From assembly GCA_963836205.1 (NCBI GenBank), contig CAWIIV010000024.1:128001-192000 (forward strand): 64,000 nucleotides of DNA, given 5' to 3'. The position numbers and the translations under genes were made by a program. Positions 30,901 through 38,390 of this stretch are shown here, in pieces. Positions within the stretch are counted from its first letter, which is position 1; each line of letters starts with the position of its first letter. The stretch is from an uncultured Acidimicrobiia bacterium. Lineage in GTDB: Bacteria > Actinomycetota > Acidimicrobiia > Acidimicrobiales > AC-14. The notes beneath the pieces were generated by a model that saw only the letters and a program-made list of their open reading frames with translations, ran no database searches and was not told where the DNA came from.

Positions 30901-31110
30901 TTCGAGGGCGGCGGCGTCGTCGGCCGCCGTTGGGGCCGGGCCCGCTCCCGCCAGCCAGGCGGCCAGCACCGACTTGCCCGATCCGGGCTCGCCGGTCAGG
31001 AGGAAGAGACGCTCGGACCCGGTGCCGAGCCACTCCGCCACCTGGTGCAGGGCCCACTCCCGGCCCACCAGGCCGGCCGCCTTCTGGCCGATGACGGCCG
31101 GGATGCGCAC
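27964..31110 (-). CDS. STAND/NACHT-like P-loop NTPase with C-terminal helical region
   Basis: LVGREW, Walker A GEPGSGKS, Walker B VLVDGVDE, RFLVTSR, AAGNFLF, LYHRSLADFL. Confidence 0.85.
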   Translation of the reverse strand: MRIPAVIGQKAAGLVGREWALHQVAEWLGTGSERLFLLTGEPGSGKSVLAAWLAGAGPAPTAADDAAALEGVRAGWSAACFCMTRGQDGADITPAWFVTSLVNQLSARHPEFADAFLRVNLPELVHQEVGVNQGTVVGHVGDLDVKIPDARDRYAQGVVEPLRTMAEAHPDRTFAVLVDGVDEAFGGPEPTVVSLLARSGSLPGNVRFLVTSRNERALVTRLTDGFGGDVRHLDLSSGDGAVANEADVRRFVRTRLDADGLAARIEAPATVDSVVERLARQAAGNFLFIDFLLDELAKGTRPLTDTADLPTGLFDLYRQYLQRIVPGFDDRDRGPAWGERYQPLLGSISVALPAAPADRLLGWLEWEDDDLSRFLQSVEQVTEWEPTPEGGTAGGGGSGGGWRLYHRSLADFLATRYIDDRGSDNRFYVAPPKQHDRIVRHYQRARADLWGGDWANCDDGYCLRNLVRHMAASLGALDRPADRATRTGELFDVVLDPGFRARQQEAPGGPAAIYDDVRTAVEVGLAPPPPGGPDRLVGLVETMAVAAEVELRGLATEALVQLAAKDGGANGRRALDTMLRLLATQSADAWNVALKAAAAAGALDVFRRAAVDSRDVVRQAACLYAYLRWRPDDPGCLPVQLLTDLASTVTISGQILRKNDRLVLDFLAGLSILIYVNHPDRADVVAQTSALWHEVLRNRLKLHLLNVKALVKVATPLVAQVYAKRLLETFLFSSPDEARRFFASDRKAIGRVVPLVDPATDVGARADDLAALLQSPFSQTRMVGGMVIAIHSFHDPAGTDAFVRGLFDRLDDNGRRWALWAFAVLVEKAPTGWVGLLEDLTRTFVDENRPAFLAADGGTSVPFEIDLLPLGLAYGKRGGPMTYLGTLLSGAAAGGDPALLDRVIRGLAPVGFSYPQAVLETLRESVPQLLDPAVEDSLATTLATMRVLHPDTVDLFLRDVGAPDRLRLLVAQRGDVEVVRRYVVWVGFYNNGVHQALFHPKMRVGLLTGILGALATAKDAKAFVRKITPGPLDMLRKADYRLERWTDA

Positions 31111-31183
31111 CCGCTCGGTCGTGCCGCACCCCCTTTCGCCCGTCGGATCGTGGTTTCCGTCTGCGCCAGACAGACTACGGACC

Positions 31184-31771
31184 ATGCCGGAGCCGACGAC
31201 GCCGCCCGCCCTCGCCGACCTCAAGCGGGCCCTGGTCGAGATCATCCTGGCCAAGGGTCACCTGCAGCTGGACGAGCCGGTCAAGCTGGCGTCGGGCGAC
31301 TGGAGCAGGGACTACATCGACAACAAGCGGGCGTTCGCCCTCGGCTCCGACCTGCGCCTGGCGGGCGAGGGCCTGGTGGCGCTGGCCCGGGACGAAGGAT
31401 GGGATTTCGACGCCGTCGGCGGGCTCACCCTCGGGGCCGACCACTTCTCCCACGTTGTGGCCATCGTGGCCGACCGCTCCTGGTTCGTGGTCCGCAAGGC
31501 GGAGAAGGACCACGGGACCAAGCGCAGGATCGAAGGGGCGGCGCTGGGTTCCGGCGTCCGGGTCGTCGTGGTCGACGACGTCGTCACCCGGGGCGGGTCG
31601 ATCCTCGACGCCTACCACGCGGTCAAGGAGTCGGGCGCCGAGGTGGTGGGCGTGACCACCCTCGTCGACCGGGGCCCGGCCACCGCCGCCGTCTTCGCCG
31701 GCCTCGGCGTCCCCTACCGGGCCCTCCTCACCTACGCCGACCTGGGAATCGAGCCCGTCGGCGGGCCCTGA
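31184..31771 (+). CDS. pyrE: orotate phosphoribosyltransferase
   Basis: KLASG, VGGLTLGAD, VRKAEKDHG, PRPP motif VVVDDVVTRGGS. Confidence 0.92.
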   Translation: MPEPTTPPALADLKRALVEIILAKGHLQLDEPVKLASGDWSRDYIDNKRAFALGSDLRLAGEGLVALARDEGWDFDAVGGLTLGADHFSHVVAIVADRSWFVVRKAEKDHGTKRRIEGAALGSGVRVVVVDDVVTRGGSILDAYHAVKESGAEVVGVTTLVDRGPATAAVFAGLGVPYRALLTYADLGIEPVGGP

Positions 31772-31775
31772 GCCG

Positions 31776-32360
31776 TCAGGACGACTGCGTGGCGATGACC
31801 CGGTCGTCGTCGGGACCGTCGTCGGTGCGGACGATCTCGGTCTGGGCGACGTCGAGAAACTCGGCGAAGGCGGCGTCGACCGCCGCCTGCAGGTCCAGGA
31901 GGGTCATGGAGGGCATCTCGTACCTCAGCGCCTCCAGGCTGTCCTCCACCGCCTTCAGCCGGTCGTGCCCCGCCTCCGACAGCGCCGCCGGCCCACCTGT
32001 CTCGACCACGATCTGCTTGGCCGAGGCCCACGTGACGCACCCGTCGCACTCGATGTTGGTGGCCAGCCCCTCGTTGTGGGGAGCGAACGTCGACGGAGGC
32101 TTGGTCACGAGGACAAGTTGGAAGGCGGCCGCGAGGGTCTGGCAGTCGGTGCACCTGGCCACTGCGTAGGCCCGGTTCTCCTCGTCGACGACGCCGTTGG
32201 CCGCCTTCCGGTAGTCGACGCTCGCCCGGACCATGGCCCGGTTGTCCTTGCGGTTGACGGCGACGACGACGTTGTCGTCGCTGGCCCCGGCGGCGGAGGG
32301 GGCGAGCACGACACTGGCGGCGATGACGGAGCTGAGAAGGGTCCGGGCCAGGCGGTTCAT
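31776..32360 (-). CDS. secreted protein with two CxxC-containing repeats
   Basis: Sec signal peptide (MNRLART...AAGA); ENRAYAVARCTDCQTLAAAFQLV and HNEGLATNIECDGCVTWASAKQIV. Confidence 0.8.
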   Translation of the reverse strand: MNRLARTLLSSVIAASVVLAPSAAGASDDNVVVAVNRKDNRAMVRASVDYRKAANGVVDEENRAYAVARCTDCQTLAAAFQLVLVTKPPSTFAPHNEGLATNIECDGCVTWASAKQIVVETGGPAALSEAGHDRLKAVEDSLEALRYEMPSMTLLDLQAAVDAAFAEFLDVAQTEIVRTDDGPDDDRVIATQSS

Positions 32361-32381
32361 CGGCTTCTCCTTGGTGATCGG

Positions 32382-34160
32382 TTAGCTGGCGGTGGTGGTC
32401 GGGGGGACGGATGTGGCGGACGACGGCTCGTCGTCGTCGGAGGCGGCCACGGTCGTGGTGGTAGACGGGGTGTCGTCGGTCGGGACGGTGGACTCGATGC
32501 CGTCGTCGACTCCATCGGTGTCGCCCAGTGCGGGAGCGGGAGGGGGCTCGGGCTCGGTGGGGCCCTCGCTCAGGTCCCAGGCCTGGCTGGGAGCGCCGTC
32601 GAACTCGGCCTCGGTGTCGGGGGTGAGGCCGGGACGCCCGGTGCCGACCTCCGAGACGGCCGCGACCGCATCGGCCACGGTGCCCCGCTCGCCGGGCTGG
32701 ATCGGCCGGTACTCGCCGTTGGGCCACCAGGTGAAGGCCAGCGCGCCCGCCAACCCGATCGTCAGCAAGGCCAGCAGCGGCCGTCCCAACCGGACCTCGC
32801 CCGCCCGCGACCAGCCCCACGAGCCCGCCTTGCGGCCGAAGCGGCTCAGCGCGTAGGCCGTACCAAGGACGGGCAGGGCGATGGCGATCACGCCCAGCAC
32901 ACCGACGACGACCGTAAGCCACTTCCCGGAGTCGAGGGCCACGCCCACGGCGTGCCATTGGAGGCCCACCGAGTCCCACGCGGTGGCGATCATCCGGGGG
33001 GCCGAGATCACCACTGTCAGCAGGCTGAACAGCAGCAGGGGCACGACGGTGAGCACCCAGAGGACCACCACGAACCGCACCCACGGCTTCAGCACCGACG
33101 CCTCCTTGCCCACCCGGCGGCCGGGCACGAAGCCGAGGAGGGTGGGCTTGATGCGGGCGAACAGGTCGGGCACCCCAACCAGGTCGGAGAGGATGTGGTA
33201 GCCGTCCATGCGGATGAACGGCAGCAGCTGGTGCACCATCTGCAGGACCTGCACCGGGATCAGCAGGAGGAGGGCCTCCACGCCCGTGACGGCCCACGCC
33301 CCGAACGTGGCCAGGGCGAAGATGGCGTTGAAGTACAGGCCGCCGAGGTCGGTGCGCAGCCGACCCCGCCGGTCGAGGCGGTAGGCGTCGGTGACGTCGG
33401 TGTAGAAGGCCGGCCACACCAGGTAGAGGCCGCAGCCCATCGCTCCCGGGCGCCCGCCCGAGTAGCGGCAGGCGGCGGCGTGGCCGAACTCGTGGAACGA
33501 GGCCGAGGCGATGGTGAGGGCGAACGTGGCCAGCATGAGCCCCGGCGAATAGAGCAGCTGGCGGGCCCCGGCGCCGACACCCCTCGCCCCGATCACCCAC
33601 GCCACCACGGCCACGAACCCGACCACGACGGGGAGGACCACCCACGGCCGGAACAGGATGGCGAACGGGGCGGTGAGGCGGTTCGTCCACTGCTCGCTGG
33701 TGAGCTGGAGGCGCAGGCGGAGGGCGAGGAGCGGGTTGGCTTTCCGGACCTGCGGGTCACTCCCGTCGGGGCTCTTGACCAGCCCCGCCGGGCGGAGCTT
33801 CTCGACCACCAGATAGCGAACGTTGTCGGCGCTGACCCGCCGCCCGATGCGCTCCCCGAGGGCGGCCGCGATCCGGGACTCGTCGCGGTGGCCGTCGATC
33901 TGCTCGAGGGTGGCGAACAGGAGCGGGGTCAGCTGGATGGTCTGGCCGTCGGCCCGGCGGACGAGGCAGGGGGGCTCCTTGTAACCGGATGCCTCGTAGT
34001 CGCCGATGAGCTCGACGCCCGTGGCCAGGCGGGGAACGTCGCCCCCGGCGCCGTCCCCAGCCGCGGGTGCGGTCCCGTTCTCGGCCGGCCTCCGATCGGG
34101 CCGGCGGCCCCGCCCCCGGACCCGGGGGATGCGCCGGGTGTCGTCCAGCTGTTGGGCCAT
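32382..34160 (-). CDS. M50/site-2 intramembrane zinc metallopeptidase with N-terminal PqqD/RRE-like domain (YydH/MpaP-like)
   Basis: FHEFGH, PAFYTDVT, QLLPFIRMDGY; N-terminal LVRRADGQTIQLT...IDG...KLRPAGLV resembles an RRE winged helix. Confidence 0.82.
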   Translation of the reverse strand: MAQQLDDTRRIPRVRGRGRRPDRRPAENGTAPAAGDGAGGDVPRLATGVELIGDYEASGYKEPPCLVRRADGQTIQLTPLLFATLEQIDGHRDESRIAAALGERIGRRVSADNVRYLVVEKLRPAGLVKSPDGSDPQVRKANPLLALRLRLQLTSEQWTNRLTAPFAILFRPWVVLPVVVGFVAVVAWVIGARGVGAGARQLLYSPGLMLATFALTIASASFHEFGHAAACRYSGGRPGAMGCGLYLVWPAFYTDVTDAYRLDRRGRLRTDLGGLYFNAIFALATFGAWAVTGVEALLLLIPVQVLQMVHQLLPFIRMDGYHILSDLVGVPDLFARIKPTLLGFVPGRRVGKEASVLKPWVRFVVVLWVLTVVPLLLFSLLTVVISAPRMIATAWDSVGLQWHAVGVALDSGKWLTVVVGVLGVIAIALPVLGTAYALSRFGRKAGSWGWSRAGEVRLGRPLLALLTIGLAGALAFTWWPNGEYRPIQPGERGTVADAVAAVSEVGTGRPGLTPDTEAEFDGAPSQAWDLSEGPTEPEPPPAPALGDTDGVDDGIESTVPTDDTPSTTTTVAASDDDEPSSATSVPPTTTAS

Positions 34161-34202
34161 GGCCAGGTCCGGGTCGGAGGCGGTGTCGCGGGGCGGTCAG
34201 CC

Positions 34203-34589
34203 TCAGCCGGCGACCGCGCCACCGCCCGACTGGTCGAGGTCGGCGTTCTGGGTGGCGTTGGCCACGGCCGTGCCGTCGAGGTCCTGGGAGATGATCGAGT
34301 CCTGGTCGGCCAGGGCGCCCGCCTCGGAGTCGACCGAGAGGACGTTGGCGCTGACGGCGGCGTCGATGGGCGCGGCCACGTTGGCGTTGGCCGCCACCGC
34401 GGCGTCGATGGGAGCGGCGACGTCGGCGTCGACGGCGAGGTCGACGTCGACGTTCAGCAGGGACGTCCCCAGCAGGGCCGACGGGTCGAGGGCATCGCCC
34501 AGCACCGACATCGCTTCCCGGTCGGGCACAGCGGTGACGTCCTGGGACTCGAGCTCGGCGTCGGTGATGCCGGCGGTTGCTTCCTTCAT
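34203..34589 (-). CDS. leader-bearing precursor protein 3 (acidic, Ala/Val/Asn-rich core)
   Basis: Leader ITDAELESQDVTAVPDREAMS; core paralogous to 34617-34976; GAGGAG RBS. Confidence 0.85.
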   Translation of the reverse strand: MKEATAGITDAELESQDVTAVPDREAMSVLGDALDPSALLGTSLLNVDVDLAVDADVAAPIDAAVAANANVAAPIDAAVSANVLSVDSEAGALADQDSIISQDLDGTAVANATQNADLDQSGGGAVAG

Positions 34590-34616
34590 GGCGTTCTCCT
34601 CGGAAATTCGGGCGAG

Positions 34617-34976
34617 CTACTGGTTGACGGTCGCGTCCTGGTTGGCGTTGGCGACGGCCGTGCCGTCGAGGTCCTGGACGATGATCGAGTCCTGGTCGGC
34701 CACGGCGGTGGCCTCCGACCCGACCGAGCCGATGTTGGCGGCCACGGCCGCGTCGATGGGGGCGGCCACGTTGGCGTTGGCCGCCACCGCGGCGTCGACC
34801 GGTGCGGCCAGGTCGAGGGCGAGGTCGAGATTGAGGTTGAGGTCGAGCAGCGACATCGCCTCCCGGTCGGGGAGGGCGGCGGCGCGCTCGGCGTCCATCT
34901 CGTCCAGCGACAGTTCGGGCTCGTCTAGCGACAGTTCGGGCTCGTCCAGCGACAGTTCGGGCTTCTGGGTGGTCAT
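34617..34976 (-). CDS. leader-bearing precursor protein 2
   Basis: Leader (PELSLDE)3 MDAERAAALPDREAMS; core AAPVDAAVAANANVAAPIDAAVAANIGS...; GGAG RBS. Confidence 0.85.
   Translation of the reverse strand: MTTQKPELSLDEPELSLDEPELSLDEMDAERAAALPDREAMSLLDLNLNLDLALDLAAPVDAAVAANANVAAPIDAAVAANIGSVGSEATAVADQDSIIVQDLDGTAVANANQDATVNQ
34899..34963. repeat. 21-bp tandem repeat x3 in the precursor 2 leader
   Basis: CTCGTCCAGCGACAGTTCGGG x3 with one substitution. Confidence 0.92.
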
Positions 34977-34987
34977 GTTCGGTTCTC

Positions 34988-35218
34988 CTAGTCCTCGTCC
35001 ACCTGGGTGATGATCACGATCTGGTCGGCGTCGGCGACGGCGACCGAGTTGGTGGATGCGATGTTCATGGCGGTCGCCTCGTTGATCGGCATGGCGAAGT
35101 TGTCGATCCCCAGGCCCGACCCGAGGTCGACCTTCGACATGGCCTGCCGCTCGGGCAAGGCCAACGCCTCCTCCGCTTCGAGGTCCTCGAGACTCAGTTC
35201 GTGGGCGCCGTTCGTCAC
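34988..35218 (-). CDS. leader-bearing precursor protein 1
   Basis: Leader ELSLEDLEAEEALALPERQAMS; core PINEATAMNIASTNSVAVADADQIVIITQ; GGGAG RBS. Confidence 0.82.
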   Translation of the reverse strand: MTNGAHELSLEDLEAEEALALPERQAMSKVDLGSGLGIDNFAMPINEATAMNIASTNSVAVADADQIVIITQVDED

Positions 35219-35258
35219 AGGTGCTCCCTTCGTGATCCCCGCCGTGCTGGCCGGTTTC

Positions 35259-35285
35259 CTACCCCCGTGGGCGCGGTCGAAAAAC
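35259..35285 (-). promoter_or_regulatory. putative SigB/SigF-type promoter for the precursor operon
   Basis: Minus strand GTTT-N17-GGGTAG, 40 nt upstream of the GTG start at 35218. Confidence 0.5.
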
Positions 35286-35331
35286 GCTTCGCGTCAGCAA
35301 TCGACCACCGGCGGGCGCCGGCGGGCGTCGG

Positions 35332-36345
35332 TCAGCCGGCGGGGAAGGAGGCCGCGATCTCGTCGTCCCACGTCACGTCGGTGGCGATCACGTCGGTGCG
35401 CAGGCCCTTGATCGACGGCTGGCGGAGGGTTCCGCCGTCGGTCACCTCGGTGTAGGCGACCTCGACCACGAGCAGCGGGCGGACCCAGTGGAGGGGGGCC
35501 CGGGGCGGGTTCACGAACGGTGACGACTCCACCTCGATCTGGGCGAAGAGCCGGGTGAGCTGGCGGATCATGTCCTCGTTGAGCCCGGAGCCGGCCTGGC
35601 CGGTGTAGAAGAGACGTTGCGGGCGGCCGGCGGCGTCGGCCTCCTCGGAGGCGACGTCGTACACGCCCAGGGCCAGCGAGCCGATGCTTGTCTCCCTCGA
35701 CCCGCTGCCGGTCGACCACCCGCCGACCACGAACTCGCGCCGCCGGCCGCACTTGACCTTTGACCAGGCGGTGGACCGCCTCCCGGGCAGGTAGGGGGCG
35801 TCGACCCGCTTGGCCATGAAGCCCTCCAGGCCGGCCTGGCGGCAGGCATCGATCAGCTCGGCGGGCGTGGCGTCGAGGACGGGGGCCGTCTGCCAGGCCC
35901 GGCCCTTGATGGCGAGCCCGTCGAGGATGCGCCGCCGCTCCGACTGCGGCCGGTCGACGAGCAGTTCGCCGTCGAGCCAGATGACGTCGAAGGCCACGAA
36001 CGAAACGGGCGTGTCGACCAGGAGGCGAGCGCTCGGCTGGACGACGTGCATCCGCCGCTGCAACCGCTGGAAGCTCGTCTGCCCCCTCTCGTTGAACGCC
36101 ACCACCTCCCCGTCGAGGACGGCCCGGTGGGGGTCGAGGGCGGCCGCCAGGCCCTCGACCTCGGGGAAGGTGGCGGTGGCCTCCAGGCCCCGCCGGTTGG
36201 TGAGGGTGACGTGGCCGCCGTCGACGGTGGCGATGATGCGCTGGCCGTCGAGCTTGGGCTCGAACATCCAGCCGTCGGGGTTCGCCGGGGCGCCGGTGCC
36301 GCCGGCGAGCATCGGGAGCAGGTGCGGCGGCGGGTCGTCCGGCAT
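35332..36345 (-). CDS. ligD: NHEJ ATP-dependent DNA ligase (LigD ligase domain, stand-alone)
   Basis: MFEPKLDGQR adenylation motif, LDGEVV, AFDVI, EGFMAKR, LRQPS. Confidence 0.9.
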   Translation of the reverse strand: MPDDPPPHLLPMLAGGTGAPANPDGWMFEPKLDGQRIIATVDGGHVTLTNRRGLEATATFPEVEGLAAALDPHRAVLDGEVVAFNERGQTSFQRLQRRMHVVQPSARLLVDTPVSFVAFDVIWLDGELLVDRPQSERRRILDGLAIKGRAWQTAPVLDATPAELIDACRQAGLEGFMAKRVDAPYLPGRRSTAWSKVKCGRRREFVVGGWSTGSGSRETSIGSLALGVYDVASEEADAAGRPQRLFYTGQAGSGLNEDMIRQLTRLFAQIEVESSPFVNPPRAPLHWVRPLLVVEVAYTEVTDGGTLRQPSIKGLRTDVIATDVTWDDEIAASFPAG

Positions 36346-36461
36346 CGGGCCGGCTCAGGCCGCGGCGGCGGCGGCGGTGGCGGTGTCGGCCCGGACGGGC
36401 GCCGTGTTGGGCACCGGTCGACGGTATCCCGGATGTCCGCCTCGCTACGCTCCGCAGCGGG

Positions 36462-38390
36462 ATGACGGGAGCCGGACGATGCCGCGCCGGGATGGTGGCC
36501 GTCCTCGTCGCCGGCGGGTTCCTGGGGCCGGCACCGGCGGCGGGGGCCGCCCCCGGAAAGGCCATCCTCCCGGTGGCGCTGGTCCTGGTGGCCGACCTCA
36601 CGTGGGCGACGGCTCCGCCAGCGATCGACGGCTACGCCCGGGCCAGCCTCTCGCTGCGCACCGCCGACGCCAAGCCGACCGCGGCCGACGTCTACCTCAC
36701 CCTGGGCAAGGGCGCCCGGTCGGGCGCGCCCGCGGCCGACGTGGCGGCCGTGGATCGGCTGGAACCCGTCCCTGGAGGCGGCGTGCGGCTGGCCGACTGG
36801 GCGTCGCTCCAGGATCACGACCGGGGGCTGCGCTACGGCGGTGCTCTGGGCTCGGTCGGCGGCGCCCTGGGTGACGCCGGCCGGCGGTGGGCCCTGGCCG
36901 GCGGCGGTGGGGCGGCGGCGGCCGTCGTGGCCGACACCGACGGTGTCCTCCCGCCGACCTACCCGGGCACACCTGCGGGCGTTGAGGCGGCGCTCGCGAC
37001 CGGTCTCGACGCCCTCGTGGTGGCCATCCCGGCCGACCGGCTGCTCGAGACGCTCCAAGTCCTCGACGGCGGGTGCACGCTCGTGGCCAGCGCGTCGACG
37101 CCCGACCAGGGCCGGCACCTCGGCGTCCTCGCCGCATCCCCCCGGTGCGGGTTGGGCACCGCCGGCCTCGGTTCCCCCTCGACCCACGACGCCCACCTGG
37201 CCACCCTGCCCGACGTGAGCCGGACGTTCCTCCACCTGGTGGGCGTGATCCCGCCGGCTTCGGTCGGCGGCGCCGTCGTCGAACCGACCTCCGCCATCGG
37301 TCGTCAGACCCTGGTCGAGCGAGACCGGAAGACGTGGACGTCGGACCGTTCGCGCACCGCCTTCGTGTGGCTGTTCGTCCTCCTCCACCTGGTGGGGGCG
37401 GTGGTGGCCGTGCGCCGGCGGCGGGCCCGGACGGTGGTCGCCTGCGTCCTCATGGCGATCCCGCCGGCCAGCCTGCTCATGATGATCGTCCCCTGGTGGC
37501 GGGGAGGGGCGGGGGCCGGGCTGGCGGTCGGTGGACTGGTGTCGGCGGTGATCGCGGCCGGGGGCCTGGCCGTCGCCCGGCGCGGCCCGGCCCTCGCCGT
37601 GGGCGCCCTGGCCGCCCTGACCGCGGCGGTGGTGGCGGTGGACGCCCTGTTCGCCAGCCCCCTCCAGGTCGACGCCCCCTTCGGCAACTCGCCGGTGGTG
37701 GCGGGGCGCTTCTTCGGCGTCGGGAACATCGGTTCCGGGTTCCTCGCCGCCGGACTGATCGTTGCCGGTGCCCTGGCCATCGACCGGTGGGGCCGGCGGG
37801 CGATCCCGTGGGTGGCGGGGGCGCTGTTCGCAGGCGTGGTGGCCGGGGGCGCCCCCCAGTTCGGGGCCGATGTGGGCGGCATTCTCTTCGCCGTGCCCGC
37901 CTACGGGGTGGTGCTCCTCGGTGCCAAACGGGCGCGGGTGACCCTGCGCCACGTGCTGCTGCTCGGCGCGGCCGCGGTGGTGGCGGTGGCCCTGTTCGCC
38001 GCCGTCGACCTGGCCCGGGACGCAGGCTCGCAGACCCACCTGGCCAAGGGGGTCGCCGGCCACGGGCTGGGCGACGAGATCGTGCGCAAGGCCACCCGGG
38101 CCGTCCAGACGATCAAGGCGCCGATGGCCAACCTGGTGGTCATCTCGGCCGCCGCCCTGATCTTGACCCGGTGGTCGCCCCGGTCCCGGCCCGCCCTCCG
38201 GTTCGGGGCCTACGCGGTCCTGGTCGCGGCGGTGTTGGGCTCGCTCCTGAACGACTCCGGCCTGAACGTGGCCGCCGCCGTCCTCGCGGTGGCCTGGCCG
38301 GCGGCGTTGGTGGTCGGCGCGGCGGCGGCCGCGCCCGCGCCGAAGGACCCGCGCCCGTGGCCCCCCGACCGCGCGCCGGTTGCCGCGTGA
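36462..38390 (+). CDS. multi-pass membrane protein with extracellular N-terminal domain
   Basis: GRFFGVGN, GADVGG, QTHLA and LNDSG motifs among many TM helices; coupled to the downstream glycosyltransferase. Confidence 0.7.
   Translation: MTGAGRCRAGMVAVLVAGGFLGPAPAAGAAPGKAILPVALVLVADLTWATAPPAIDGYARASLSLRTADAKPTAADVYLTLGKGARSGAPAADVAAVDRLEPVPGGGVRLADWASLQDHDRGLRYGGALGSVGGALGDAGRRWALAGGGGAAAAVVADTDGVLPPTYPGTPAGVEAALATGLDALVVAIPADRLLETLQVLDGGCTLVASASTPDQGRHLGVLAASPRCGLGTAGLGSPSTHDAHLATLPDVSRTFLHLVGVIPPASVGGAVVEPTSAIGRQTLVERDRKTWTSDRSRTAFVWLFVLLHLVGAVVAVRRRRARTVVACVLMAIPPASLLMMIVPWWRGGAGAGLAVGGLVSAVIAAGGLAVARRGPALAVGALAALTAAVVAVDALFASPLQVDAPFGNSPVVAGRFFGVGNIGSGFLAAGLIVAGALAIDRWGRRAIPWVAGALFAGVVAGGAPQFGADVGGILFAVPAYGVVLLGAKRARVTLRHVLLLGAAAVVAVALFAAVDLARDAGSQTHLAKGVAGHGLGDEIVRKATRAVQTIKAPMANLVVISAAALILTRWSPRSRPALRFGAYAVLVAAVLGSLLNDSGLNVAAAVLAVAWPAALVVGAAAAAPAPKDPRPWPPDRAPVAA

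Noticed and set aside
34203-35218. Precursors as classical lanthipeptide, lasso or daptide substrates
   Set aside because: No Cys, no double-Gly site, no C-terminal Thr and no modifying enzymes nearby
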